Source: Halodesulfurarchaeum sp. (GTDB taxonomy: Archaea; Halobacteriota; Halobacteria; Halobacteriales; Halobacteriaceae). From it: a DNA stretch of 64,000 nucleotides. Position numbers and translations under genes: made by a program. Shown one piece after another: positions 31,839 to 41,925 of this stretch. The notes below the pieces were generated by a model. That model had not been told where the DNA came from, made no database searches, and saw only the letters and a program-made list of their open reading frames with translations. Where the stretch lies: assembly GCA_034520565.1 (NCBI GenBank), contig JAXHNL010000002.1, positions 1,344,001 through 1,408,000 on the forward strand. Direction: 5' to 3'. Position 1 is the stretch's first letter. Each line of letters starts with the position of its first letter.

Positions 31839-32932
31839 CAGATCCGAGCCGTATTCGGGTCGGCGTCGTCGGCGGGACGAGACTGCCGGGAAACGTCCGG
31901 ACACTGTTACGGAACGTTAGGAACCTGCTCGAATCTCACCCGGTTACTTTCGAAATGGATTTGGTGATTAACGATTCGGTCAACCTTCCGCAGGGTTTCA
32001 CACCGGTTGATCCTGGTTTCGCGGACACGGATCGTGCACTGGGAACGTTGAAAACATTGACCAGTGGCCTCATAGAGTACGGGAAGGCTCACGAAGTCGA
32101 TATCCTTTTTCAGGTGACGAAATTTCCGGTTCACGGTTTTGCTACAGCTGTTGCAGGGAAGGTGACGGATACTCCCGTTTTGACTCGATTGGCGGGAGAC
32201 AACTTCCGGGAATATAGGGTCTCCTCGGAAAGATTACAGGCAGTAAAGGCCTTCGGGCTCAACAATATCATGGGTCGGGTACCTCTTTACTGGAGTGACC
32301 GAATCATTGTGCTCGGTCCGCACGGACGCTCAGAAATCGCACGTCGAAATGGTGATATCCCAATTTCGGAGATACCACAACCCATCGATTTCGAACAGTT
32401 CAGACGAATTCCTCAGGAAATAGAGCAGGAAATTAGGAACAAATTGGGTTTTCCGTCACGCGAGCGCGTATTATTAACTGTGGGTCGTCTCACCGAACGG
32501 AAAGGAATGGGAACCCTCATCGAGACCGCTGAAAACCTATCCGAAAGAGGACAATTGTTTCATTGGTATGTTATTGGAAAAGGACCAATGCGCGAGGAAC
32601 TAGGAAATACCAATGGTGTTGAGACTTTAGGGCGAATTCCATTCGAGCAAATAACTGACTATTACCACGCTTCCGACATTGTAGTTCACCCTTCTTTTAT
32701 CGAAGGGTTGCCGAATGTACTTCTTGAGGCGTCGGCCTGCGGGACACCTACCTTAGCGCGAGAAGTGGGTGATAGCGCAATGGTGGCCAGTGCGACTTTC
32801 TCCGATGACGAGGAACTTCTTGACCTACTTAGAAAGGAACACGAACCTGCCGAACTTCCCGAAGGTTTTGATCCTAATAGATTAGAGGAGGCCTATGCTG
32901 AGGCCATCTTGAGGACGATTCGTGATCACTAA
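31835..32932 (+). CDS. GT4 glycosyltransferase
   Basis: VGRLTERKG, EGLPNVLLEASACG. Confidence 0.93.
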   Translation: MTDPSRIRVGVVGGTRLPGNVRTLLRNVRNLLESHPVTFEMDLVINDSVNLPQGFTPVDPGFADTDRALGTLKTLTSGLIEYGKAHEVDILFQVTKFPVHGFATAVAGKVTDTPVLTRLAGDNFREYRVSSERLQAVKAFGLNNIMGRVPLYWSDRIIVLGPHGRSEIARRNGDIPISEIPQPIDFEQFRRIPQEIEQEIRNKLGFPSRERVLLTVGRLTERKGMGTLIETAENLSERGQLFHWYVIGKGPMREELGNTNGVETLGRIPFEQITDYYHASDIVVHPSFIEGLPNVLLEASACGTPTLAREVGDSAMVASATFSDDEELLDLLRKEHEPAELPEGFDPNRLEEAYAEAILRTIRDH

Positions 32933-33009
32933 CACGTTGGCAATACGATATAGGATTATTGGCATCGTAACGGCAAGACAGAAACCCAAGGACCGTTTAC
33001 ATATGGTCG

Positions 33010-33807
33010 ATGTCGAAGTGGGCTGCCATTTCAGTTGATCTTGAGCCCAACAAAGACGGTACTTTAGAGGGTGTTACCGAGGCAATGGAGTGGTTCAATG
33101 AGACTGTTCCTCGCGGAACTGTCTACGCTACCTATCGGATTGCGACCGAACTTCCAGGGCCAATTGCGGACATGGCTAATGACCATGAGATTGGGGTCCA
33201 CGTTCACCCCCGTGAATTTGGTCACGAACACGACAGTCTGGCGCAACTGGATGGGGAACGCCAAAGAGAATTGATTATCGAAACGCGGGCCGCGGTTGCG
33301 GATGCGGCCGATCTCAAGCCAAATAATTTGGTGGCGTTCCGGGCGGGCCGACATAGTGCTAGCGATACAACAATTTCTGTTTTAGCTGACCTTGGGTTTA
33401 CTGTCGACGCCTCGGTTAACGTCAATTACAATGAACACCTCCCCCACTCTTTACTTGGTCATCAGGCACCTTTCAAGATAAGATCCGGGCTAGTGGAACT
33501 CCCGACGACATATGGACATCCCCCGATTATTTCGCGGATAGGAGTTCGGGCGTTCCCCAGCCGAACGGTTACTGCAACTGCTAACACACTTCGGACCGAC
33601 AAACGTGGGACGACTGGATTAACTGTTCTACGCTGGCTGCTGGACCTTGACTCTCCCTTCTCTTTTTATATGCATCCCTACGACGCGACCAGTTACCAAA
33701 CGGGTCTGGAAAACAATGGCAAGATTTTTACAGGTCGGTTTGAGTCTCTTTTGGACGGGTACGGCGGTGAATTCCTCACAGCCAGCGATGTCTTCCATTA
33801 CCAATAG
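33010..33807 (+). CDS. Polysaccharide deacetylase family protein
   Basis: ISVDLE, EIGVHVHP, FRAGRH, VDAS, FYMHPYD. Confidence 0.82.
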   Translation: MSKWAAISVDLEPNKDGTLEGVTEAMEWFNETVPRGTVYATYRIATELPGPIADMANDHEIGVHVHPREFGHEHDSLAQLDGERQRELIIETRAAVADAADLKPNNLVAFRAGRHSASDTTISVLADLGFTVDASVNVNYNEHLPHSLLGHQAPFKIRSGLVELPTTYGHPPIISRIGVRAFPSRTVTATANTLRTDKRGTTGLTVLRWLLDLDSPFSFYMHPYDATSYQTGLENNGKIFTGRFESLLDGYGGEFLTASDVFHYQ

Positions 33808-33845
33808 TACAACTTTTATGACTGGACGGCCTCAATTTTTCGGTA

Positions 33846-34673
33846 ATGACTGTTAAGTATAGCATCACATCGACGCATTACAACAATAACGACTTCATAC
33901 GGGAATCTGCGGGTGTGTTCGCAGATTTAATCGAAGGCAAGGACGACTGGGAACTTGTTATCTCCGATGCCGGATCAAACGACGGATCACTGTCGTATCT
34001 CCGGGAACTAGAAGCTGACCAGTCGAATGTCCGGATTGTGATGGCCGAAGAAGCCTCTATTGGAAAGGGTAGACAGATCGCCTTTGAGCACAGCCGCGGA
34101 GACGTAATTATTTCGTTGGGCGATCTCGATGCGAGCTACTACGAGGACGAGCGGTTGCTGGATGTCGTCGAGTTCTATGAGGATTTGCGCGAAAGGGAGG
34201 GTGATATCTTGCTGGGGGGGCCGGTGATGATCGGCTCACGTACCTTAATTAGCGAACTCGGCGGTTGGAATGACCTCTGGACGACCGAGCGGCGCGATCT
34301 CAAACGAAGAGCACTTCGGGCGGAGAAACTCCGATTCGTCGATTTTTCTATTGTCAAGTCCCACCCAAGTCAAGAAAAGGGGTTTAGCGACGCTTTTGAC
34401 CGCTTTTACACGAACGCGAGAATGAAGCTAAAAACAGGGATGACGCTCTCTCATTTGGTTGCCCACTGGCTGCGGAATGCGCCGGGTCTAAAGCCAAAGA
34501 TTGGTGCAATAATCGTGTTTCCCACGGCATGGTTGCATAACCGACTGGTCGGGACCGAGCGTCTCTACACCTTTGATCCCTACGATCCATACGCACTTGA
34601 TTTCCAGCGGTCGGTACAGCGCGAGAACCCAGATATCTGGCTAGAACCGATCGGTCCGCTAGCCAAGTACTAG
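33846..34673 (+). CDS. GT2 glycosyltransferase
   Basis: ELVISDAGSNDGS, GKGRQIAF, DLD motif. Confidence 0.85.
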   Translation: MTVKYSITSTHYNNNDFIRESAGVFADLIEGKDDWELVISDAGSNDGSLSYLRELEADQSNVRIVMAEEASIGKGRQIAFEHSRGDVIISLGDLDASYYEDERLLDVVEFYEDLREREGDILLGGPVMIGSRTLISELGGWNDLWTTERRDLKRRALRAEKLRFVDFSIVKSHPSQEKGFSDAFDRFYTNARMKLKTGMTLSHLVAHWLRNAPGLKPKIGAIIVFPTAWLHNRLVGTERLYTFDPYDPYALDFQRSVQRENPDIWLEPIGPLAKY

Positions 34674-35620
34674 AGTAGTCCGACTAACTTGTACCAACCC
34701 CAGGTATCCCGGACGGCTTCCTGCCAGGACTTCCCTGGGACAGGTGCCCGGCTTTCCTGTACCGGGGGGACCGTCCCCGTCTCGGCGTCAAGGACTAATC
34801 GGTCGGCGTCGACGTTAGTGATTCCGGTAGCGTCGATGGTCTTCACACCTAGGGGCAAGAGCTTCTTCCGGAACGGGATATTGAACACGACCGTTCGGTG
34901 GTCTGACAGCGAGGCAAGTTCTTTCGCAAATGCTTTGCGGTTGATATTGGGGCCACTGACCATGTGGTGGTTGTCCGTCGGATTCTCGAGGTAATAGAGG
35001 ATGCTGTCGGCGATGGTGTTGACGTGGACGATGTTGATCCTCCCCGGCGTGTACATCGGCGGTACCAGAAGCGCATTCGAAGCGGCCAGTCGGAACGGTT
35101 CGTAGCGTTTCAGTCGAAAGTCGCGTTGGCCCATCACGTACGTCGGGTGGACGATACTGTACTTGAAGGGGTATTCGCCACTCTCCAGCAGATCCCCCCC
35201 CTTGCCTTTGGTCTTGACGTACATGGAGGGATCTTCGGCCTCGATAGCTGGATGGGCCTTGGTCGTGCTGAGATAGACCACCGATTCGACACCAGCGTCG
35301 GCAGCAGTCGCCAGAACGTTCTCAGTCCCCTCAACGTTGACCCGACGAAATACCTCGTCGGATACGGTTGATGTGATTTCTGGGGAGTTACGAGACCCCG
35401 GATTGACCGCGGCCATGTGGACGACGGCGTCGATATCAACCATTGCGGAGGCCAGCGAGTCTTTATCGGTGACATCACCATGGACGGTTTCGACCCCGTC
35501 AGGCAGAAGTTCTTCTCGAGAGGAGTCCCGCACGAGCGTAACGGGCTCGTACTTTTCGGGAAACCGAGAGAGGAGGTTTGTGCCGATGTATCCCGTTCCA
35601 CCGGTAACGAGAACCCTCAT
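34670..35620 (-). CDS. NAD-dependent epimerase/dehydratase (extended SDR)
   Basis: VTGGTGYIG, HMAA, YVKTK (YxxxK). Confidence 0.9.
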   Translation of the reverse strand: MRVLVTGGTGYIGTNLLSRFPEKYEPVTLVRDSSREELLPDGVETVHGDVTDKDSLASAMVDIDAVVHMAAVNPGSRNSPEITSTVSDEVFRRVNVEGTENVLATAADAGVESVVYLSTTKAHPAIEAEDPSMYVKTKGKGGDLLESGEYPFKYSIVHPTYVMGQRDFRLKRYEPFRLAASNALLVPPMYTPGRINIVHVNTIADSILYYLENPTDNHHMVSGPNINRKAFAKELASLSDHRTVVFNIPFRKKLLPLGVKTIDATGITNVDADRLVLDAETGTVPPVQESRAPVPGKSWQEAVRDTWGWYKLVGLL

Positions 35621-36633
35621 TTGACCTCACCCCTCTCGTAGACCTCTGCTATGATACGTGTCACGTCCAGTCCCCGCTGGGCAGGAGCAGTGGTATCGTG
35701 GTCCTCGTCGACGGCATGGTCTACGAAATCCCAGACGCGGCGATCGTGAAAGTCATTGCTGCCGCCCCACCACGCACGGAACTCTCCGCGGAGGTCGATA
35801 AAGGGCTGGTTGCCGTACTGCTGGGCTACCGTTTCTCCCTGGACATCCCCCGTGAGCTTATCCAGATTGAACTCCAGCAGACCACCGGTTCCCATGAGGA
35901 CATTTCGGTGGTGTTTGGCATGTGGAGTCCAGTGAAGGGTGGTCTCGACCGGGACGCCGTCGAAATCAAAGTGCAATTCTGCGAAATCTTCGATGGTTGG
36001 TACGTCTAGCCGTTCAAGCGTGACCGAGGTGATGTCTGGTGTGGTTTTAAAAAGCCGGATGTAAAAGTCGAGAATGTGGCCTAGTTGATCGGCCACTACG
36101 CCACCACCGCTCATCGTCGGGTCGAAGTTCCAGTCTGCCGCCGGAGGCGAACGGACTCGGTGTGTCTTGAGCCGTTTGATCTCCCCTAAGAGGTGGTTTT
36201 GGACCATCGAAAGAACGTGACGGTAATTCTCCACATACCCACGTGTATAGCCCACCTGTGTGACGACATCTGCGGCTTCTGCTGCGTTTACCATGTCCTC
36301 TGCGCTCTCGACGTCTGTACTGAAAGGTTTCTCACAGTAAATGTGAGAACCTGCCTCGGCTGCGGCAACGAAGAGGTCCCGGTGGGTGCCGGCGGGAGTA
36401 CAAATGCTCACGATATCAAGGTCTTCTTCTGCGAGCATAGCTTCGCCTCGTTCGTACTCGGAGTCGATATCAAACTCCTCGACTGATGCGGTCCTTTTCT
36501 CATTATCAAGGTCTGCGACCGCGACCAGTTCCGTCTCCGGATGCTTGACGTAGGTCGGAAAGTGCGCGGTCTGGGCGACGGAGCCGGCACCGATAACGCC
36601 GGCACGAAGCCCAGAACCCCTCAAAAGTCCCAT
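35617..36633 (-). CDS. Gfo/Idh/MocA oxidoreductase
   Basis: VIGAGSVA, CEKP, GGGVVADQLGHILD. Confidence 0.92.
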   Translation of the reverse strand: MGLLRGSGLRAGVIGAGSVAQTAHFPTYVKHPETELVAVADLDNEKRTASVEEFDIDSEYERGEAMLAEEDLDIVSICTPAGTHRDLFVAAAEAGSHIYCEKPFSTDVESAEDMVNAAEAADVVTQVGYTRGYVENYRHVLSMVQNHLLGEIKRLKTHRVRSPPAADWNFDPTMSGGGVVADQLGHILDFYIRLFKTTPDITSVTLERLDVPTIEDFAELHFDFDGVPVETTLHWTPHAKHHRNVLMGTGGLLEFNLDKLTGDVQGETVAQQYGNQPFIDLRGEFRAWWGGSNDFHDRRVWDFVDHAVDEDHDTTAPAQRGLDVTRIIAEVYERGEVK

Positions 36634-36708
36634 GGATCGCCGATTCTCTAGTTCAATCAATCAAGCTTTCGATTCGTCCGACTAACTGTCCTCAATCATA
36701 AGTGGTGC

Positions 36709-38067
36709 TTACTTGTCGAGATAGCCGAGATCAGCCAGTCGCTCTTGGGTTTCGGATGAGTATTCTACATTGGCTGTGGTAGCCGCACGATCGATGCCGT
36801 CTCGATACTCTGCGATGACGGCCTCGAATCGGTCGGCAACGTCAGTAGCCTCCGCGATGACATTCTTGGTCTCGTCTGGATCTGCAGCCAGGTTGAATAG
36901 GTATGACTCTTCGTCGTCGACGCGTGTGATATATTTCCACTCTTCAGTTCGACAGCCGAAAATGGTGCCGTTGTCCGAAATAGTCATCGCGGTCCGTTCT
37001 TCGATATGGTCGCCGGAAACTGCTGGGGCAAAACTCTCCCCTTCCATCGTCTCGGGTATCTCGACATCGACCAGATCAAGCACCGTCGGTGGGAGATCAA
37101 GCAGGGAGACCTGTTGGTCAACGGTAGTCGGTTCGATCCCCGGGCCGGCGATGGCCAACGGAACCCTGATTAGTTCGTCGTAGGGATACGGATGATGGCC
37201 AAACCGGTCGTGTTCCCCGAAGGCCTCCCCATGGTCTGCCGTGACGACGACGATGGTCTCATCAAGAATTCCGCTTGTTTTGAGCGCATCGATGACACGG
37301 CCGATCTGTTGGTCAGTGTACCGTATCTCTGCGTCGTAGAGTTTCAACAGGTCCGTAACATCTTTCTCGGTCAGGTCTTCCGGACGTTCCTGCATCTTCC
37401 CATTGAGATCTACGATTCGTCGTTTCGAGATAGGCGAAAAGGAGAGCTCCTTCATGGCCGTTTTTGGTGGTTGGAAAGGGTAATGAACATCCATGTAATG
37501 GAGCCAGATGAAAAACGGATCATTGTCTGACCTTTTAGCGTTGATCCACTCGATAGCATTGTCGGAAATCGTGTCGGCACGCGCGTAGGCCGAACTTGTC
37601 GTTGTCATACTGAAATAGTGCCAGGCACGCCGGAGAAACCGATAGAGGATCGTATCTGTCGAGAGTAGCCGTTCGACCTTGTCTTTTAGGGTAACGACTG
37701 AATCCTCACCTTCGACGGCGTCGTTGAACGTATCGAAACCGGTTGGATAGCCCTGATCCTCGCCGAGATGTGGGTTCGAGTGATAGCCGACTGTCTGATA
37801 TCCAGCCTCGTTGAGCGTGCGGGAAAGAAACGGAGAGCCGCCCCCACAGACGCCGTAGGGACCGTACGTGAGCGAGTGTGCACCAGTCAGGATCGATGGA
37901 AAGCTTGCGGTCGTATTCGGGCCGTTGGCGACTGCCTTTCGAAACATCGTTCCCTGCTCGCATAGCTCTCTCAGACGTGGATCGACAGCCTGGTCGTAAT
38001 CAAGACAGGCGGTATGATCTGCGCGAAGGCTATCGATCGTAATGTAAACGACGTTGGGGGTATCCAT
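36709..38067 (-). CDS. Sulfatase-family (AlkP superfamily) protein
   Basis: IDSLRADH, NTTASFPSILTG, HYMDVHYP, TADHGE, ERLADLGY. Lacks the C/SxPxR formylglycine motif. Confidence 0.88.
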   Translation of the reverse strand: MDTPNVVYITIDSLRADHTACLDYDQAVDPRLRELCEQGTMFRKAVANGPNTTASFPSILTGAHSLTYGPYGVCGGGSPFLSRTLNEAGYQTVGYHSNPHLGEDQGYPTGFDTFNDAVEGEDSVVTLKDKVERLLSTDTILYRFLRRAWHYFSMTTTSSAYARADTISDNAIEWINAKRSDNDPFFIWLHYMDVHYPFQPPKTAMKELSFSPISKRRIVDLNGKMQERPEDLTEKDVTDLLKLYDAEIRYTDQQIGRVIDALKTSGILDETIVVVTADHGEAFGEHDRFGHHPYPYDELIRVPLAIAGPGIEPTTVDQQVSLLDLPPTVLDLVDVEIPETMEGESFAPAVSGDHIEERTAMTISDNGTIFGCRTEEWKYITRVDDEESYLFNLAADPDETKNVIAEATDVADRFEAVIAEYRDGIDRAATTANVEYSSETQERLADLGYLDK

Positions 38068-38184
38068 ATCCGGAGTCAGTCTACGGCGGAAAATAAAGAT
38101 GGTCATCTATGTGGCCGGGACTCGACAGTTACACGTTCGGAAAGCAACGTTAGGTTGAAGTGTGCAACTCCGAATCAACGAGCA

Positions 38185-38943
38185 ATGATCGAGACGGTTG
38201 TCCACACTATCGGTTCCTTGATCAACGGAACGCCGCTGGAGGAACCGCTAGACCGCGCCTACTACGATTTTATGGGGCCACGGCGGACACAAGCAACCCT
38301 CGGCGGAATCACAGCCCAGTTCAACGCCAGATCTAGTAGTGAATACTACTCGGTTCAGGATTTTGGCGGTGAGAAAGCTCTCGTCGAAGAAATGCTCGAC
38401 GCACTTCAGCCGTCGGACGTGCTTTGGGATATTGGTGCGTTTGTCGGGTGGCACGCGGCGTTTTTTGGCCAGGTCGCAGAGACTGTCGCGTTTGAGGCCG
38501 ACCCGGATACGTTCTGTAAGCTTCAGGAGACCGCTACCCTCAACCCTGTGGCACGGATTACGCCGGTCTGTCTCGGTCTCGGGAACCCCTCGGCTCATCG
38601 AGAACGGGTTTCAATCGCCGCGGGTGAGGGTGGGGGGATCACGGACAGGGGATCAGATGGCAAACCTACCACCGTCGCCAGACCGGAAACCCTGATCACT
38701 ACTGCACTGTCACCACCAACCGCTGTCAAGTTAGATGTTCAGGGATTGGAGGGGGAAGTGATCGAGGGATTCGGCGATTACCTTATGGATATCCAGCTGC
38801 TGTTCGTTGAGTTCCACGAGGGTCGGATGACTGGGGACTGGACGGTTGAGACCCTCCACGACCGCATCACAGAGGCGGGGCTTGAACAACAGCGAGAGAT
38901 GACACGTCGGGAGGATATTTTGAAACTCTATCGGCGCCCCTGA
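38185..38943 (+). CDS. FkbM-family methyltransferase
   Basis: WDIGAFVG, FEADP, VKLDVQGLEGEVIEG, VEFH. Confidence 0.88.
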   Translation: MIETVVHTIGSLINGTPLEEPLDRAYYDFMGPRRTQATLGGITAQFNARSSSEYYSVQDFGGEKALVEEMLDALQPSDVLWDIGAFVGWHAAFFGQVAETVAFEADPDTFCKLQETATLNPVARITPVCLGLGNPSAHRERVSIAAGEGGGITDRGSDGKPTTVARPETLITTALSPPTAVKLDVQGLEGEVIEGFGDYLMDIQLLFVEFHEGRMTGDWTVETLHDRITEAGLEQQREMTRREDILKLYRRP

Positions 38944-38944
38944 A

Positions 38945-39285
38945 CACCAGAGGAAATAGACGGCTGCCGTCCCGATGACGGCACCGTTTGCCTAGCAGGG
39001 GAATCCTATGCAGGGCGAGCCCAACATTCAGCGCTCTTGGAAAGAAGTTGTTGACGTCGACAATCCAAGATATTGCGACAGCTTCCAGCAGGTTTCCCTG
39101 GATACTGATGATGTTGTAGATTGCAAACGAAACTGCAAAAATTACAAGTGCCGAGACACCACTGGCGTAACTCGGTCAGCATATGTTCTGATGGAACCAG
39201 TAGGAAAACTAGGTAGTGTCACAAGTTCTGAAATCGATACCATCTTGAGCCAGCACAACAAGGTAGAGTCGACTAACACTGGACT
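38945..39285 (-). pseudogene. Relic of a Wzx/MATE-type oligosaccharide flippase
   Basis: Minus strand reads PSYASGVSALVIFAVSFAIYNIISIQGNLLEAV...NN...ALNVGL...IP, then after a frameshift NGAVIGTAAVY, resembling a flippase C-terminal half. Confidence 0.55.
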
Positions 39286-39365
39286 TTTGACATTTTTACA
39301 TGGTTGGAGGTTAATTGCGGTGGACTCCCAAGAAAAATTTGAGTCCAGACCTCTTCAGATGAGCT

Positions 39366-40394
39366 TTATTTATAACCTAACGCTTTTAATTGATTTTCGA
39401 CATTAATATCTTTATCACCTGATTTGTTTACACCTTCATCAATGATTTCTCTCCTCTCCTTGTTATCAATAACTGCCCAGGGTACTTTTCGAAGTTCTTT
39501 TACATATATACCATCCCCATGACCCATATTATTTTTCAAACCGCTCAGATTTTTTGGTACGAAATACCTGGAATCACCTAGCATTTCTCCATGATCAGCT
39601 GTCACAATAGTTTTTCCCTTTATTTCTTGGGATAATTTTTCAACATATTCCATAACAACTAAAATGTTCTCTTTATAAATTTCATATAATTCGCCCTTAG
39701 TTATGATATTTAGTTTTGCAGCTTCTTGTAAGGAATACAATACATTATCATTTTCAGATTTATCTTTCCTGTCCAACTTATCACTCCAAGCCCAAAACTC
39801 ATAACCCTGTTCTCGAAGTTCTTCTCTTAGCGATCTCGACTTTTCTCCAAAATATGGGCTATGGGGTTGCATAAAATGTATTATTAGTCGCTTATCGGGG
39901 TTTTCTTTATACATTCTGAGAGCTGTATTGAACACTATTTCCGGCTCCCAGCCCTTTCCTAAATTGTCAACTTTGGCCTTTTTCCCGTTTTCCGTAAACT
40001 TTCTATCAAAAGTGACTACATTTTTATAGAAGGTGTCAGTAACTCGGGCACCATATGGATTGGCAGTAATATATATCGTGTCGCCAAAATCACCGTTATT
40101 TTCAAAATACTCCTCAATAAATTCCTCACTGGTCGATGATTTCATTATCTTGTAACTTAAGTTTTCAAATAAATCCATTTCATCTAAAACATCAAACCTA
40201 CACGAATCAAGAATAATCAGATTATCCCAATCCTCTTTCATAATGTCGAATTCGGATGTATATTTAAATCTAAATATGAGTTCACGTGGAGTGTGTCGAA
40301 TTCGATTAACAATTCGCTTAAATTCATCAAAAAATTTACGTGGCTCAAATAATGCCCCTCTGAAATTCTCCCAGTTATATCTTTCTGGAATCAT
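39366..40394 (-). CDS. AlkP/sulfatase-like protein, very AT-rich
   Basis: DWDNLIILDSCRFD, HFMQPHSPY, TADHGE, QLKALGY. Confidence 0.85.
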   Translation of the reverse strand: MIPERYNWENFRGALFEPRKFFDEFKRIVNRIRHTPRELIFRFKYTSEFDIMKEDWDNLIILDSCRFDVLDEMDLFENLSYKIMKSSTSEEFIEEYFENNGDFGDTIYITANPYGARVTDTFYKNVVTFDRKFTENGKKAKVDNLGKGWEPEIVFNTALRMYKENPDKRLIIHFMQPHSPYFGEKSRSLREELREQGYEFWAWSDKLDRKDKSENDNVLYSLQEAAKLNIITKGELYEIYKENILVVMEYVEKLSQEIKGKTIVTADHGEMLGDSRYFVPKNLSGLKNNMGHGDGIYVKELRKVPWAVIDNKERREIIDEGVNKSGDKDINVENQLKALGYK

Positions 40395-40648
40395 GGGTTA
40401 TCAGTAGAATCTCGCATTTTTAAAGATATCGTAGTCAGCTTACCCCCTGTTTCGGTTTGGGTATTTTCCACCGATCCAAAGCCCCTAAAATATTTTTTTA
40501 GGTTCCCGCCAACAATTAATTTATTTCACATGTAACAAGTATAGGGCGAGATATTGCAATTTTCCGGGTGCCGTTTCAACAAGTTTCATTTGGGATTGCC
40601 AGTTTGATTTGATTGAAACTGGAACTTCTTGTGGTAATTAAAAAATTC

Positions 40649-41848
40649 TTATCTGTTGGGTTCTGTTAGACTTTCATTCACTATTCTCCGGATCTCATCC
40701 ATAAATTTGTTTTTTTCGTATCGTTCCGAAATATCAGGTAGGTTTTCGATAATTTGTCTCTGTTTGACAGAGTCGGACAGAACTGCTGATATTTTTTTGA
40801 CGGCTTCCTCTGATTCTCCGTACATTATTTCCTCAATATTGTTTACAATCTCGCGTTGTCCTCCGTCATTGCTAACGAACGGAATCATCCCCGCTCCAAT
40901 CATTTCGGCAATAGACATCCCAAATGATTCTGTCGATGCCGATATACCGTACTTGTGACGCAACAACATATTGTTAAGTTCGTTATTGTATAGAGGTCCT
41001 TCTAAAGTAACAAAGTCGTTGTTCTGACTCAGAGACTGGACGTAATCATAATAATCCGGGGTATCTTTATTTTTAGGCCCCACAAGATGGAGATGAATAT
41101 CGTGCTTGTGTGCTTGCACCTCTTTTAGGATGTTAATAATTTCTACAACTCCCTTTCCAGGAGCGATCCGCCCCACGTAAACGAACCCCTTCTCTCGTTC
41201 CGACCAGGTCCGGGAGGGGTCAAATCCTGTTGTGTCAATTGGGGGATGCAGGATTTTTGGTTCTATTTTGTACCAGTCCCGTATTTTCGAGGCAGTTCGT
41301 TCCGAGTTTGCAAGTACTGTACTTTTTGAGACTAAATCTGTGTCGTAGTTTGCTAACGTTCGCCCGATGTATTTGAAGAATTTTGCTAGATTGATAGTCA
41401 CGCGGTCTGCCGCATAGTCGTGTGCCATTTCGAACGTTTCGTATCTTCTTGGAAAATGGACATACTGTATGGAATTGCCTTCTACAGCGACTTCGTCCCA
41501 GACACTTATGAATACGTCAGGATTGTCTACCGATTTCTTGCAATATCGGTGGTAAATCGCCTGTCTGAGTATGTTTTCCAGAACTTTTAGTCGAGTGCCA
41601 CCCCATCCTGTGTTGAAAAAATCCATAATTCGGGTGAGTTCGATACCCATACTGGTAATAACCTCGACATCGATCTCATCAAGTTCGTTATTATACTTTT
41701 TCGATAAGGATTTGAGGTCTTCAATCTCCGAAGTAACTAGTAATTTTACATTGTGATCCTCCTGTATTGCCTCAAGAATACTAAAGCAAACGGCTGGGCC
41801 GCCACCACCCTTATTGAGGTCCTCATAGGCGACGGTTATTTCTGCCAT
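40649..41848 (-). CDS. GT4 glycosyltransferase (ALG11-like)
   Basis: GGGG, QYVHFP, LANS, VGRIAPGKG, ESFGMSIAE. Confidence 0.9.
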   Translation of the reverse strand: MAEITVAYEDLNKGGGGPAVCFSILEAIQEDHNVKLLVTSEIEDLKSLSKKYNNELDEIDVEVITSMGIELTRIMDFFNTGWGGTRLKVLENILRQAIYHRYCKKSVDNPDVFISVWDEVAVEGNSIQYVHFPRRYETFEMAHDYAADRVTINLAKFFKYIGRTLANYDTDLVSKSTVLANSERTASKIRDWYKIEPKILHPPIDTTGFDPSRTWSEREKGFVYVGRIAPGKGVVEIINILKEVQAHKHDIHLHLVGPKNKDTPDYYDYVQSLSQNNDFVTLEGPLYNNELNNMLLRHKYGISASTESFGMSIAEMIGAGMIPFVSNDGGQREIVNNIEEIMYGESEEAVKKISAVLSDSVKQRQIIENLPDISERYEKNKFMDEIRRIVNESLTEPNR

Positions 41849-41925
41849 ATTGAACAGAAAATACCGCTCGTATAATTGTGTTATGTAAGTTGCCCCGTAC
41901 CTTTCCCTTAGGAGAGCTCCTAACA

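Noticed and set aside
39008-39406. 132-aa plus-strand ORF
   Set aside because: No motifs; the opposite strand is better explained as a flippase relic.
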